DNA of 64,000 nucleotides from Lama guanicoe. Its lineage: Eukaryota. The position numbers were made by a program, and so were the translations under genes. The stretch lies in NCBI GenBank assembly GCA_013239625.1, contig MU053504.1:1800001-1864000 (forward strand), given 5' to 3'. Positions within the stretch are counted from its first letter, which is position 1; every line of letters begins with the position of its first letter. The notes under the pieces are model-generated. The model did no database searches. It was not told where the DNA came from and saw only the letters and a program-made list of their open reading frames with translations. Below are positions 27,793-42,429 of the stretch, piece by piece.

Positions 27793-30492
27793 CTAAGGAA
27801 AACTCAAGTTATCTTCAAATACATCTCAGAATTGGGGAGATGACTTCAGGATCACTCAGGCTTCCCTGCAATTGCTCCTTGGTCAGAGAAACACTGGGCT
27901 AGAAGAGTATCTTTATGTTTCTATAAATTCCTCCAAGCTGCTAATTCTCCCTAAGAGGCAACAACAGCTTTCCTTCTTAACTGTAACTAGTGTCACATCC
28001 CAGCATGTCCACACTTTCACCCACTCCTTCTTTAGTTTGGGCTAGAGTTTTAAACAAATCTGGAAAGAGGGATAGACGTTTTCATGGATATTTCGGGGGA
28101 CATGTCAAAATCTGACAATGCTCCTTTACCAAAAAAAGAAAAAAATTAAAAGACAGTTGGTCAAGCTTTTATGGCCAAGACAAAAAAAAAAAAAACCCAA
28201 GGCTTCAATAGGTTGAGGAAAAACAAACAAAAAAACAAAAAACAGGAGTAACTTAGAGAGAGTTCCTAAATGGCTGATAAGAAGGCTTTAATTAGGTAAA
28301 AACTAGTGAAAATGGAGTAATTCTCAGAAGAATCTTGCAGAGGAAATGCAGAAAATGGTATGAGCCAAAGTGAGAGTACGGGGTGCCTGTGAAGACCTGT
28401 TGATGGACACGGGGCAGGCAGCACGATGAGCCCTGCAGGTGTGCCTCCTCCTGGCCTGACATTGCTGGATGGCAAAGTATAGAGCTCCTGAAGCTAGAGC
28501 TCATTTTCACACCTTGTTGTCCTTGCCCAGGACCCTTGCTCTACCCTCAGGACAGGGACCAAAGACCCAGGCCTCTTGAAGGGATTGCTAGAGTCTCAAA
28601 ATAAGATGGCACAAGAGTTGAAAAGAAAAAAAACCACAGTTAGAGTCAAAGTCCTTAATCTTCCACGTTGTCATGATAAATGTACAAAAGTGACATGCAG
28701 ACTTTTTTAGTTAACTTTCTAATTAGGCTTCACAACTGGAAGGTTTATCTAATCTGCTTCAAACAATTTTGAGTATCTGAAGACACAGAACCTTCCTAGG
28801 CTATGTGGTTCCTCTTAACTGACAATGAGAACTCTACTTCTTTGATTCCCAGATCAGTTAGAAAGACAAATCCTGTGGGTTCCTAATCCCCAACTTTCTT
28901 ATTTGGCCTCTGGTACTGAGGAAAGGGAGAGAGAACATTAAAAAGAATACAAGCAATATTTGTTAGACACTTGCTATGCACTTCCCACATGTGGCATGGG
29001 GAGAGAAAAAATATAAAGCATGGTTCCTGTCTTCAGGAAACCTGTAACATACAGCTGGAGAGACAAGAGCATTCTTACACAGAAGTCGTCATGTGACACA
29101 TTATTATAGAATTACTCCCTGATTTATGCAGTATAACCCATGAGTACTATAGGAATACAGTACTTGTAGGGAGAAATCAATAGGGTTAGGCTTGAACTTC
29201 ATCTCTGCCTGAAGGGGAGGGCAGGATTTGGACAGAAAACATTGTCTTATCTTTTCTTTCCTATTTCATTAGCTGCTATTAAATGCACACTTAACATAAT
29301 AGTATAATTCTACTGGACTCCTAGTCACCTACTAGGAGTGCAAAGCACTTTCCAAAGCACTGCACAGGAGTCTAAGGAGAGAAGTCAGGGAATTTAAAGT
29401 CCTGCAAGGATATGAAGTATTATCACCTAAGTATCAGAAAGCATTTCCCAGTGTCTTAACAATGTCACCAAAAAAATCTCAATTAATTCTAAAAGAACAT
29501 CAATACAAAACACTGACATATACAGGGAGCAGGTACATTATAGAAACAGAAATTACTCACAACCTTAAAAAATTACCCACATTATATTACTCTCTGTAGA
29601 TAACATTACTGCTTGTCCACTGGTGATGGCGCTGGGTGTGCATTTGCACCAAGTCATTCACACTCGCCCACCCAGTTCCCTGTGACCAAAAGCTCACTGA
29701 AATCAAGGCTCAGGGAGTAGCCACAGAATGGACTCAAGGTACAACTTGTACCTATATATACTACAACCAGAACCTTGGCAGCATGTCCACCATCCTCCCA
29801 CACATTACTTGCCAATCTTCTTTGTACCAGGATGCACTGGAATAAACAGAGGACTTGGCTGTGGCTGGGAGCAACTGGCCTAGAAACTCTGGCTCCCCAA
29901 GATCATGCCAGCATATCCCAGGACCAGTATTTCTGCAACTCTAATCCCATTCCCCTGGCCCCTCAGTGTGCCTTCAGCACACAAGTCAGAAGGCTCTACT
30001 CTGACTACCCCACTTCACAGGAGACTCAGGCCCCTGGTTTTTGTTTGTTTTTTATTTTCACAAGCTCCTGTTAAATAAGGGTGTCAACACAGGCCTTGGA
30101 ACACAGAGAAGTCACTGAAAATTCAGTCTGCATTGAGGTAGATTGTCCTCAGCTCCCATTTGCATGTGAGATCAGAGCAATCTCAGTCACTTGGAGGAAG
30201 CCTTCTTAACCTCAGGAAGAGGTGTTTACCACCCCTCATCTCCCAGCTTAGACTCTGGGCCCAGAGGCACCTAGACGTGGGAGTATGGACATGGTGGGCC
30301 TGGCACAGCTGCCTGGGCACCCTCAGAAAGCACAGGCTCTCCACCGCTGCAGCTGGAACAGTCCTGAAAATAGACTAGTTTTCTCAGGTAAGGGATGGGC
30401 TGTGCAAGACTCCCACCTACTCCTACCTCACCCCTTGTGGATGTCCTCTAAAGGCCATCACCTGCCAGCTGACCTGTAACAGCTCTGCTTAC

Positions 30493-30538
30493 CGTCTTCA
30501 CAAAGTATAAGCTATCTTCACTGTCCAGAGGCACGATT
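30493..30538 (-). CDS. DNAAF9: DNAAF9 exon 13/25 (46 nt): (R)IVPLDSEDSLYFVKT
   Basis: tcttctag|A, ACG|gtaagc; phase 2 to 0. Confidence 0.93.
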
Positions 30539-30897
30539 CTAGAAGAGGAAAGAGATGGGAGAGAGGTTAAGTTTACAGTGTTCTCCTTTTTCAACTTAGC
30601 AGCAACTCACAGCCTCAGCTCTCTCTCAGGGATTTTCAAGACACTGGATGGTATGTATGCAGAATTCCACTTGGAAGGAATTAGGTCCTCCACCTCCAAC
30701 CCCAGTCTTTCCGTGGGAAGCATCAGGGTAGACCGTCTCAGCCGAGCACAGCCAAAGCCGAACCCAGCCCTCAAGTGATGCCACTGCCAGGTGGGGAACT
30801 GTGAGGAGACCATGCATGCCAGCAGTTACAAGGCAGCCTCTCTTCTTTTTGCTCCTAAAACTTGGCTCAAACAAGGATGCACCACAAACATACTTAC

Positions 30898-30942
30898 CTC
30901 CCCTGATTATTCACAGCATGTATATGAAAAGCCATCTTGGAG
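30898..30942 (-). CDS. DNAAF9: DNAAF9 exon 12/25 (45 nt): (Y)SKMAFHIHAVNNQG(R)
   Basis: tctgtag|C, AG|gtaagt; phase 2 to 2. Confidence 0.93.
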
Positions 30943-31874
30943 CTACAGACCCAAAACAAAATAAAACAAAAGTCAGTCTTCTCTTGCTGACCACTGGATT
31001 GGCATCTTCCCCAGACACTTGCCACTCCCCTGCACTTGTGCTGGGCCCTCACGGTCACCAGTCAGGTGTACGCCATCCTTGTATTAGCTACCTGCCCCAG
31101 GGTACCGTGCCAACAGCCAGTGTGAGGCCAGTGTCTGACTCCAGTCATGGCTCTGCCTCTGTGCAGATTCTCAGAGCTATCTTGACTCTTGGACAGAGAA
31201 AAAGCGAACTATGGGACAGGACCGTTGTCCCCTGGGAGACAGACTGGGAGCAAGCTTCTATACTTGCCTGGGGCCTCTGGCCCACAGCCTAGACATGTTC
31301 TCCTGATCTTCCTCCTCTTCACCACCTTCGCAGTCAAGCTGCCATCCCCGCTCGGAGCCTGACTGCTACCCACAGTCAACTGCTGGTAATTATGGGCATG
31401 GTCAGGCTGAGGAATAGCCAGAACACCCTTTGGCTTCAACTCTTTTTGTTAAAGAAAGTTTCTAAATTGTGTAAGCTTAGTTTTTGTGTGAACAAGTACT
31501 GGTCAGTCATATGCTAACTTCCCATGCTCCTCCTGGGAGAAGATTTGCTAACCTGATGCAGTCTGAGGGAAGTGACCACGTGGAGAGAAGGGAGGAGGGC
31601 TCTAGGTTGGAGGACTGGCCCTGGAAGACTCTCCTCCTAGTGCCTGGGGGTTCTTTGTTCCTTCCTCCAGGTATAGTGGGACACCCAAGCCTAGGAGGCC
31701 TTGGGATTGAGAGGTGGCCTGCCCTGGAAAGGCTGACTGGGTTAGGCAAGGCCCTGAGGACAGGAGGAGTGGAATGATTATGTCAGCCATGCCGATGGTA
31801 CCAGAGGAGACCCCACTGAGACAGCGGCTACCATTCACTTGCCCAATCACTCTATTATGGTGGGAAGATGAGGA

Positions 31875-31945
31875 AATGCACAAGGTCCTGGGTTTAATTC
31901 CCCAGTACCGCCATTAAAATAAATACCTAATTACCCACCCCCAAA
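31875..31945 (+). mobile_element. 5'-truncated camelid-type SINE
   Basis: atgcacaaggtcctgggtttaattccccagtaccgccattaaaataaatacctaattacc. Confidence 0.75.
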
Positions 31946-32570
31946 TGAAACTCCCTGATACTGGTGTCTTTTGTCTCTTTTGCAAAAAAGTACACCAGTA
32001 TACCAAGTGGTCCTCAAATGAGATAGAAAGTGTGGACTAAGATACGGACAAAGACCATACAGAGATCCACTGCGATGTGCCAGGAGATGTGTGGTGGGAA
32101 TACTGCCAGGAAGCCAAACTCCTAGGCCTTCTAGACCCTGAGACATGGCCAGGCTCAGGGGTTTCTACCATCCGAGAGGCAAATGAGGCCCACGGCAGAC
32201 TATTCTAAGTAGTGACCATCTTCATGTGCCCAGGGCCCCCGATCCTAACACACCTCACCACTTATGCCCCCAGCTTCACCCTTCTGACCTTTGAACCCAG
32301 GTCTGTCAGGTCTCCTGTGGTTCTAGTATTGATCTGCCTCCCACTGCAGCCCCAGTCAGTGTGTCTGACGCTCATACAGTTCCTCCATCTTTGGCTCCTT
32401 GGCCTCTCAAATAAAGCCCTGATCATGAATGACTCTCCTTCATACATCCTACTGTTTTACTGGAACATTTCTCAAAGGGGAGACAGAATATCATATACAA
32501 GGGAGAAAGGGTTTTTTAAAACACAAACATCAAAGAAAAAATTTTACAGACAATATCAGTCATTGCTTAC

Positions 32571-32647
32571 TATAGGGCTGCCTTAAACCGCATCAGCTCA
32601 AAGGAATTTAACCCAGATCCCAGGGTCTGCTCAGCTACCTCCTTGGC
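32571..32647 (-). CDS. DNAAF9: DNAAF9 exon 11/25 (77 nt): AKEVAEQTLGSGLNSFELMRFKAAL(Y)
   Basis: ttttacag|GCC, TA|gtaagc; phase 0 to 2. Confidence 0.93.
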
Positions 32648-33819
32648 CTGTAAAACCAGTTACAAAACAGAGAGAATTAGCTTTTACAACATGAAAGAGC
32701 ATACTTAACTGATAGGAAGAGCCCTTCTAACATTTGGTCAGAACACTGCCCATCCCCTCTATGTGACTGCTTTGTATATACATCAACAGATTAAAACGAA
32801 AACATCTTGTTAAGGGAAACAGGTGCCTGCTTTCTTTAGGCTGGGTTCACAAGAAAACACTTCATTCAGGCAGGTGGGCACTGCAACCTGATCTGCTGGT
32901 GAGCTGTAACCAGCTGGCACGGTGCCATTGTGAGTTCTGGAAAAGTACTTTCTCCTCCCCTCTCCCCTGGCTCTGGGGGAGGGACCACTGCCCTCTGTTT
33001 CTGCGCAGATGCCAAGAATATTTAAGTAACTAGAGCTACAAAAGGTCAGTTAAAACACAAAGGTGCAGAACTGATACTGAAGGACAGCCTACTGTTTTGC
33101 ATAAGCTTTTAGCTAAAGGGCTGAGAAATCCCAAGTACCAGGGATTCAAGTTCAGTGAGGAGGGGAGATGGCAAGGAGCTGGTAACTAGGCTACTGTCTC
33201 TTCAATGTCTACGACACAACCTTTCCAATGTCAAATGGCTTGCTTCAGGAAAGGTCCTACTGGCACTGGGAGGCATCAGCCCGACTCTTCTCATCTCCTT
33301 ACTGGGGCAGATATAGAATCCAACTCCGCAGGGCAGGGTAACCGCAAAACAGCAAGGAAGTTAACAGTCAGAACAAGAACACATGCGCCTATCTAGGAGA
33401 GGCAAGTCAGATTTTCTAACCTTTAGCTATTTTTTAAAAACAGAATTATAGTAAATCAAACTAGGTAGCTCAAAACAAACTTACCTAACTTTATAAAAAC
33501 TCACAATAGAATAATGAATATTTTTCCTTATTTTTTAACTTATAAAAGCCTTTAAAAAAAACTACTAAAGTAAAACAATATACTACAGAATGATTTTTCT
33601 TTAACTCAACCAGATATCTGCAAAGAAGTGCTGATTAGCTGCCATTCATCAGACAACGGCAGGTCACAGGCAGCACAAGCTCAGAGCTTGAAACGCATCT
33701 CCTTGTCTGGCACCCACGCTCACACAAAACTAAGTACTGTAAGGTGTCCAAGGAAAAAACAGATGGGTAAGAAGTTTTTCATTAAAATAACTACTAAAGG
33801 AAGAGAAACATGGTATTTA

Positions 33820-33915
<96 letters not shown>

Positions 33916-34587
33916 TTAAAGACAAAAAGTAAGGGTTAACTTCAGCATCACAAGCTGCATGCACATAAATGACATTCTCTAAGAAAATGACTTTTAAACA
34001 CAATGTAAAAGGTATAAAAACAGAACTTGATTTCTAAAACCTTTTAAAAGTCATGTGCCCCATCTGATTTTTATTTTGCTTTTGTTAAACCATGATAAGA
34101 AGAACCGGTTCATCTTAATTCTGCTCAAAAGACCAGCCTTCCCTGTCTGTGATCTAACGGAGGAAAACCATGTGGGCTCCCTGACCCGCTATGAGGACCC
34201 AGAAGGTGTCATGACACAAACTTCCTGCTTTTCCAGGAACCAAACACACCCCATCTTCATGCTGTCCCCTCCCCAGGACTGCTAAAGGCTGGCTGCCACT
34301 GGAACCTCAGGATGGGAGACTTCTATCCAACTGAGGAGAAGATGGGTTCCATTTAAATTCAAATTATCAGTCATAGACCCCTTTCTAAACAGTTTACCTG
34401 GTCTACAGAATACAGAATGCTTTGAGGAGAAGTATCTCCTGTCTACACTCACCCTCCTCCACCCCAAATCCTGCTCTTCTTGTCTGACCTCTCACTTCCC
34501 ACAGTCATTTTAAGGAGGTTTTTTTCTTTGCCAGGCAGCGACTTCCATGAAGATCTCTAGAAAATCCAAGTCTGGTTCCCTCTGGGG

Positions 34588-34807
34588 CAGGTTTCTCAAT
34601 CTCTGCATTTTGGGCCAGCTAATTCTTTGTTGTGGGGTCTGTCCTGTGCATGAAAGGATGTTTAGCAGCATCCCTGGCCTCTCAGAAGTATACAAAGTGT
34701 GACAACCAAAAATGTCTCCAGACATTGCCAAACGTCCCTGGGGGTGGGGGATGGGGAAGGACTGGGGGGACTGGTGAGGTAAAATTGCCCTAGGTTGAGA
34801 ACCACTG
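34588..34807 (+). mobile_element. MER20-like hAT-Charlie DNA transposon
   Basis: cagg..ttctcaa...ttgagaaccactg TIRs; gtgacaaccaaaaatgtctccagacattgccaaa core. Confidence 0.85.
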
Positions 34808-35952
34808 CTTTAGGGGAACAAGACCCAGGATCTTATTAGGATAATTACAGAGAGAAGGGGCTCATCTATGAGGCCTGGAAAGGCAGGGAAGGCAGCTTGG
34901 CAAGAAGCTGCCTCACCTAAGTTTAAGTCTATTTTTTAAGCCTGAGAATCTTCTAACAGGTAAAGGAAGGCGAAAGGAATTTGATAGCAGGAAGGAACAC
35001 AGAAATGATCTGGTCTAAGGCTTTCATCTTACAGAAGAAACAAGTAGGGCCTTCAGAGGTGGAGTAAGTTGTCCAAGGCCAAAGAAAACAACAGACTTGA
35101 ATTCACGCCTGCTCTCAGCCTGCTGCTGTTTCCCTGTGCCACGTGACACTGCCAACTCCTTCAACCTCCTCCTTGGCTCCTACTCTGCATCGTAGGTAAG
35201 AGATTTCAGTTGGGTAGAAGCAAAAAGAAGAGAGAAAGAATACATAACAAAATGACAGCATCAAGGTTCAATGTATCCTGAAGATTGTTGGCCAGGCCAC
35301 AGCAGAGGGGTATGTCCTGGTAGAAGGTGCCCAGCACGGACACTGCCAATGACCTTGGCCACTTCCACGTATGATGAGAATCCTCCGCACTTCATCACTA
35401 ATGGCCAGAACTTTATAGAGGCCAACACCAAATACATACAACATACCCTTCCTCCCTCCCCCAGCCAGCTTGACTCAAACATCACTCAGTACCAACACTG
35501 ACCTCCTCCTACAGACCCCCGAGGCAAGAGCTCAATACAGAGCTACTTGGCTTCTGACTCATAAAATGGCCTGGGTGGGAGGCCTGAGGCCCATAACTAG
35601 GGATGGGCCTGCTCTATGCCTGGATGGTGCTGCTGCCGCTTCCCTGAGGACTCCATAAGGCCCAAGTTCCACCAGCCCTGTGATTCACCAAGGCACCTAA
35701 TGCGGGCCCAAACACCTCTCAACACCAGCCCCTGAAGCAGGGCACCAATGGATTTGGTTTAGGCAGGATGGCTAAGGGTCCAGAATGAGGATCCAGGGCA
35801 GTGGATTCTCTGTAGCCTGTCACTGTTAGCCTCTGGGAAGCAGAGCCCACACTAGTTTGTGCTGGGATAATTAATTTGGTTAATAATAGAACTCTACTAT
35901 GTTCATTACTTCTGAAAGAAAATTCCTTTATGGAATTCAGAAATTCCAGCAT

Positions 35953-36330
35953 TACTATGGACGGATTATGTCCTCCCAAAACTCATGTTGAAGCCCTGAT
36001 CCTCAATATGACTGCATGTGGAGATAGGACCAGGCCTTTAAAGAGGTAAATAAAGTTAAATGAGGTCATAAGGGCAGGGCCCTAATCCAACAGGATTGGT
36101 GTCCTTTAAGAAGAGACACCAGAGAGCTCTCTCTCCATGTGAGAAACAAAGGAAAGACCAAGTGAGGACACACTGAGAAGGTGGTAGTCTGCAACTCAAG
36201 AAGAGAGGCCTCACCAGAAACAAACCCTGCTGGTACCTAGGTCTTGGACTTCTAGCCTCCAGAATCATGAGAAAATAAATTTCTGTTGTTTAAGCCACCC
36301 AGTCTGTGGTATTTTGTTATGGCAGCATTA
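35953..36330 (+). mobile_element. MLT1A/B-like MaLR solo LTR
   Basis: ctcatgttgaagccct..tggagatagg..gttaaatgaggtcataagg..aataaatttctgttgtttaagccacccagtctgtggtattttgttatggcagc. Confidence 0.85.
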
Positions 36331-36853
36331 ATGAGTTTATTTCCTGTCTTTGGTTTCCTGCTATATGCAGGGGAGGGAAGTCAACACTAGGTCTTTTCTA
36401 AAGCTGCACAGCCTGAGTTGAGATCCTAGCTCTGTTCCATAAGCCTGAGTATCAAATTCAGAGGAAACACTCCTCAGACCAGATGTGGTTTCACACAGAT
36501 TCTCCCAATGGGTTTCAGAATGTTTTATTTTTTTGGAAAGCCTCTAATAAAAAATGTACTATGTAGAAGATATATTAAGAAGAGTTATGCCATTTAAATG
36601 CATGGGTGTGCAGGTAGGAAATCTCTGAGTTCTGGGGAGGGGAGCAGATAGCAAACCTGGCAGAGTCACCAGCCTGCACTTCAAGATGAGAGGCAGGAGC
36701 TGGAACCTCCTGGGAGACAACACAGCTCTGCTTGCCACTTAAACCAGATGTCCTACCCAATGCTGATCTCAAAAGGACGTGGCTGGGACAGCCACAACTT
36801 CTGAGTAACTCAACTTTGAGAAAGAAAAACATGCAACAGAAATGAAGACTTAC

Positions 36854-36890
36854 ATTTGTTCAGTTTTCTTGGGCAGCTTGTTGTCATCCC
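36854..36890 (-). CDS. DNAAF9: DNAAF9 exon 9/25 (37 nt): (G)DDNKLPKKTEQ(I)
   Basis: ttcacag|GG, AT|gtaagt; phase 1 to 2. Confidence 0.92.
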
Positions 36891-37095
36891 CTGTGAAAGA
36901 GGACCATGTATTAAGAATGTGACAAGATTGGAGGAGATGCAAACACTTCACAAAGAGACTAGAATTTCTTAATTTGAAAGAGATGTCAGGAGCTACTTTT
37001 TTTTTCTTTTGAGTTAAACACAGTATAAACACAAACAACAGTGAAACCTAGCTTTTCCCAGTATCCTCATGGACCTTCACCTCTGACACTGACTT

Positions 37096-37688
37096 AAAAA
37101 AATTTTTTTTAATTCTTATTTTTTATTGAAGTGTAATAAAGTGTTACAATGTTAGTTTCAGGTGTACAGCCAAGTGATTCAATTGTGTGTGTGTGTGTGT
37201 GTATGTGTATGTATTTTCAGTTTCTTTTCCATTATGGCTCATTACAAGAAATTGAACACTGCTATACAGTTGTTCCTTGTTGTTTATTTTATATACAGTA
37301 ATGTGTATCTGTTAATCCTAAACTCTCAATCTACCCCTCCCCACCTCTTTCTCCCCTGGTAACCACAGCTTGTTTTCTACGTACGTGAGTCTATTTCTAG
37401 TTTGTAAATAAAATTTGTATCTTTTTTTTTTTAGATTCTACATATAAACGACATCATATGATATTTGTCTTTTTCTGTCTGACACACTTCACTTAATATG
37501 ATAATCTCTAGGTCTATCCATGTTGCTGCAAAGGGCAGTATTTCATTCTTTTTTATGGCTGAGTAATAATCCATTGTGTATCTATACCACATTTCCTTTA
37601 TCCACTCATCTGTCGATGGACATTTAGGTTGTTTTCATGTCTTGACTATTGTAAATAGTGCTGCTGTGTACACTGGGGTGCATGTGCC
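37096..37688 (-). mobile_element. 5'-truncated L1 3' end containing a (TG)n tract
   Basis: Typical L1 3' sequence; perfect 13-bp TSD ctgacactgactt at 37083-37095 and 37689-37701. Confidence 0.9.
37184..37213. repeat. (TG)n microsatellite
   Basis: tgtgtgtgtgtgtgtgtgtatgtgtatgta read directly. Confidence 0.9.
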
Positions 37689-38472
37689 CTGACACTGACT
37701 TTGACAACCCACTCAGCATCACCACTAAATACCAGAGAAGACATGCAGAATCTTAGGCTCTGGAATGTTTTTGCTTCTTTTTAATTTTTTCAATTAGGAG
37801 GTATAAGTAAGCAGACTCAGATCTGCCTCTTTTTTCATCTCCTTAATTATCTAACTCAAGTCATGCTGCTTTCAGAGTTCCCCAGCTAATATAACAACAC
37901 TCAGGAAAAAACCTGAGTCCTGGCATACTCTCCTCTGTGCAACAGTGCTGGGATCCTCATTCATTATAGAGGTTCTTCTCTGTGTCTCTTTGGATGTTTG
38001 CAGCTGGTTACCCCAGCAAGGAGGGCAGCCTCAGTCAGCCTAGTTTTATGGCTGCCTCCTCAGCATGGAGCACTTGCTCCTGTCAGTGTTCCCAGCTCAT
38101 GGGTTCTACCATGGCCCTTTCCTCACCTTCCTCACAAGAACAGTGGGTACCTGGCTGAGTCATTAAAACTCCTACTGCAGCCCATACCTCCTCCTGCTGT
38201 CTCCAACTAGGACTGACTCATCTTTGCCTTCCCTCTGATAACAAGCACACAGTCTTACACATAATTACACTTAATATATATATAGCTGATAATTATTCCT
38301 CCTGAAATACACTTTGTGAGAAAAGTATTAGGTATATCAACTCTCCATCAGGAATCAGAGAGGGAGTTAGAGGCTACAAAATGAGTTTCTGAGGAAAGTA
38401 GTAAATTGCGAGTCCATTTCTAGCTCCCAGGAGAAAAAATTTGTTTAGGTAAGTTGATGAGATGACAACTTA

Positions 38473-38592
<120 letters not shown>

Positions 38593-39904
38593 TTAAAAAG
38601 GAGCAGGGACTTCAGTGTGTACTGTAAGAGAAACAAAATATAGGCAATGGAAATCAATTTTATTTCATTAACAGCTGATTTATTATTTTTTAAAGACACA
38701 GAGGGAAAGATCTCCTTTAACTGCTGTTTTTCCAATGGTATCTTGTGTTTTTATTGGCTGTATTGTGGGGTTGCTGTTGCATCAGCCCAGGATGCTAATG
38801 AGTTAACAACCTAGAAGGAAAAGAAGAGGAAATGTGCTTGGGGTTTGACTGTCATTAATATTTAGTCCAGAATGTTCATAGTGAGGACCTTCGCTGACAT
38901 GTGCAGATATGGTGGGGGGAGGGGACAACTACAAATTCAGGAAAGAAGGGTGCTACCCAGCTCCCCATCTTCATCTGTATTTCATCTCTCTACACAGGCC
39001 TTCCAGAAGAGAAAATAACTTCTCTAAATTTTTAAATTCTTATTTTTCTTCCCTGTTTTGTTTATTTATATAGAGATAGAAGTGGATGTCCTTTTCTCTT
39101 TTGAAAATCTGACATTTCGTCAGGATTCCTAGGATAGCAGATATAAAATGCAAAAATGCTAACACAAGAACTAAAGGAAAGGAAATTAGTACAGCATAAA
39201 AAAAAAAACTCCAGATGACACAAATACTCAATTCTATTTTACTCCATTGTTTTAGGAAGTCACAAGAGAATATATGGCATTTTTCTGTACTATTGTGAAC
39301 ACTGTGAATCTAAGTTATACATTTGAAATAAAGATTTAATTCTGACTAAGCTAAAACTCATCATAGTGAATATGATCAATAGTGCCATGAGCCTAAATGA
39401 AAATTCATGCGCATATTTCTTCTAATTGTTGGTTAATAGGCTTATTTCCTCAATTAAAACATGTTCCTTAGATTTCCAAATTTTCCTTAAAGTTTTTAAG
39501 GTGCCATGTGTTTAAACCTGCTTCCTTAGATGATGTCACAAATTTACATAAGCATATATTAACATTAAATTGATTGATATTTACATGAAAAAGGAAACTG
39601 GTATAGTAGAATTTGCATATGAAAACTGCTCAGATAATCTGGATTTGCATGCTTTGCATGACATCTATTAATCTGTAAATTATTCACAAATGGCACAGAA
39701 ATGGAAAGGATAAGTATCTCACCTTGAAACAGAGCTGAATGAAGATCATAACTATGAATGAAGTTCAGAACTAGAACCCTCACCACCTGAGGACCAGGTC
39801 TCAGGTAAGTTCCTTGACTTCATTAGGTTTCCATGTTTGTAAAATAAAGATCTCCAATTATCACAGAAAGTTGTGTAAAGAACCTGCTAAATTTCTGTTT
39901 TATT

Positions 39905-40695
39905 AAATAGACTTTTTTAAGTGCAGTTTGAGGTTTACAGAAACTGAACCAAAAGTACAGAGTTCCCGTCTAGCTCCTCTCTTTCCCTGCCACTACAATT
40001 TCACCTATTAATGTCATATTATATTTGTTACTATTGATTAACTAATACTAATACATTATTATTAAAGTCCATAGTTTACATTACAGTTCACTGTTTATAT
40101 TGTACACTGTGTGGGAATGACATGTGTCCATCATGACTATATCATATAGTATAGTTTCACGGTCCTAAAAATCCCCTGTGCTTCATCTATTCTTGTTCCC
40201 TCTCAAACTCCAGGCAACAACTGACTTAGTCTCTGTGGTTTTGCCTTTTCCAGAATGTCATATACTGGGAATTAGCCTTGGCAATCTGGCTTCCTTCACT
40301 TAGCAATGTGCATTTCAGGTTCCTCCATGTTGTTTTGTGGTTTGATCGTTCTTTTTATCAATGAAACATATTCCATTGTATGGATGTACCAGTTTATTTA
40401 TCCATTCACCTATTGAAGGACACCTTGGCTGTTTCTAAATTTTGACAATTATGAAAAATGCTGCTATAAAAAAAATTCCTTGCGTAGGTTTTTGCGTGAA
40501 CGTAAGTTTTCAACTCATTTGGGTAAATACCAAGGAGCATAACTGGTGCTAAAAGTATGTTTAGTTTTGTAAATCAAACTATCTTCAAAGTGTCTGTACC
40601 ATTTTACATTCTCACCAGTAATAAACAAGCTTCTGTTGCTCCACATTCTCTCCAGCATTTGGTGTTGTCAGTGTTTTAGATTTTAGCCATTCCAA
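39905..40695 (-). mobile_element. Old L1 (L1MA/MB-like) 3' fragment
   Basis: ttgccttttccagaatgtcatat, tttatccattcacctattgaaggacaccttgg, gggtaaataccaaggag motifs. Confidence 0.8.
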
Positions 40696-41485
40696 GGTGT
40701 AAGGGATGGCTAAATTATTGCTCCAAACATTTCACAGCACCATCCTCACTGACTCTTCTACTAGCCCGAGAGACCCTTAAAGGCAGAGACCACGACTATA
40801 TACTCCCTGTACCTAGCACAGTGCACCTAGCACATAGCAGACACTCAATAAGGATCACTGAATTAACGAGTGAAAGTCCTTTGGCCTTAGAGTTGCACAG
40901 ACTTAAGAATAGAAGCTGGTTATGTCATCCATAATGTGAGTATGTACTGGGGTTGGTTTCTTTTTTCGAAAAGCTTTTGAGATAAAATTTGCTATTTTAA
41001 AGTATATAAAAAATGCTGTACTGGTTTTATCATTGTGCTCTTTTGTCCTGTCCTTCTTATTGTTCCATGATTCCTTCTTTTTAAATCATTTCCTCTTTGT
41101 TTTGACCGAACTTCCTCTAGTCACTCCTTTAGGATAGGTCTGCTGGCAACAAATTCTCTTAGTTTTCCTTCATCTGAGCATATCTTGATTACTCCTTCAT
41201 TCCTGAAGGAGATTTTCACTGGATATACATTTTTAGGTGACAGCTGTCTTTTGGCACTTGAAATGTAACGGTTAAGACATAACAAACTCAGGCTTTGAAT
41301 AACTGTCTATTTTCAGGTTAATTTAAAATTCCTATTCTACTGATGATACTACTTGGATAACTTAAGACTTTGGTTTGTGAAAGTATTTTTTTTAACCTTT
41401 TCCCTTCAAATATTTAAAAATTAAATATGATGCTTTCAAATCACACTTAGTACTTATATAAAAATACACAGTTAAATTTTTTAAA

Positions 41486-41619
41486 TTTTTTTTTTGTCTG
41501 TGGAGCAGGGGAGGTAATTAGGTTTATTTATTTATTTTTTTAACGGAGGTACTGGGGACTAAACCGAGAACCTCATGCGTGCTAAGTATATGCTCTACCA
41601 TTGAGCAAAACTCTCCCCC
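41486..41619 (-). mobile_element. tRNA-derived camelid-type SINE
   Basis: ggggaggtaattaggtttatttattt..ggaggtactggggactaaacc..gctaag..ctctacc; same family as 51966-52090. Confidence 0.85.
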
Positions 41620-41750
41620 TGAAAAATGCATCGTTTTTAATCACTTTTCACTCCAAAACAACTTCAAGTTCAAGGTTAAATCAATACACTAATTAGAAAG
41701 CTTCCATTTATCCAGCTCCTCTCCTTCCTATTTGATAATAAAACCAATTA

Positions 41751-42011
<261 letters not shown>

Positions 42012-42429
42012 TCAGCAAGGTGGTCAGTACAGTCCACCTAATGCTCCCTGCAGGTTGAGAACAGATGCCAAATGTCTCTGACTCCTCCTACTGACACATA
42101 GGGAATCAGTTATTTAGGGACAAAAACTAAACCTAAGCCATGGTTATACTTCCAGCTTGTCCTACTTCTTAAGGAGAAAGTTCTGTAAGTTTGCTGTCCA
42201 TGATGCACAGATGGAGCAAAATCCCAGCTTTATATAATAGCGTTTTGATAGGAATATACATTTTCAGGAATGATAGCAATTGTGATACTCACACAGCAGA
42301 CAGACAAAAGAACTGTTAACCACTCCTGAGTAGCTTTTAGGAGGGAAGGAGGGTAGGGTTGCAGATACTCTCACCACATCTACCTGTCCCTGCCCCTATC
42401 CTCTTCTTCCCTCTCTTCTCTTAGCTGGA

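Noticed and set aside
30801..31292. 163-aa ORF (+)
   Set aside because: Non-ATG start, antisense overlap of a DNAAF9 exon, no recognisable homology
32576..32585. Possible non-canonical GC donor (AAG|GCAGCC)
   Set aside because: A canonical TA|gtaagc donor at 32571 gives the correct phase and the KAAL residues
39785..39806. Short hairpins (acctgaggacc/ggtctcaggt; also ~1622-1645 and ~48418-48432)
   Set aside because: Stems too short for miRNA or snoRNA precursors; no box motifs
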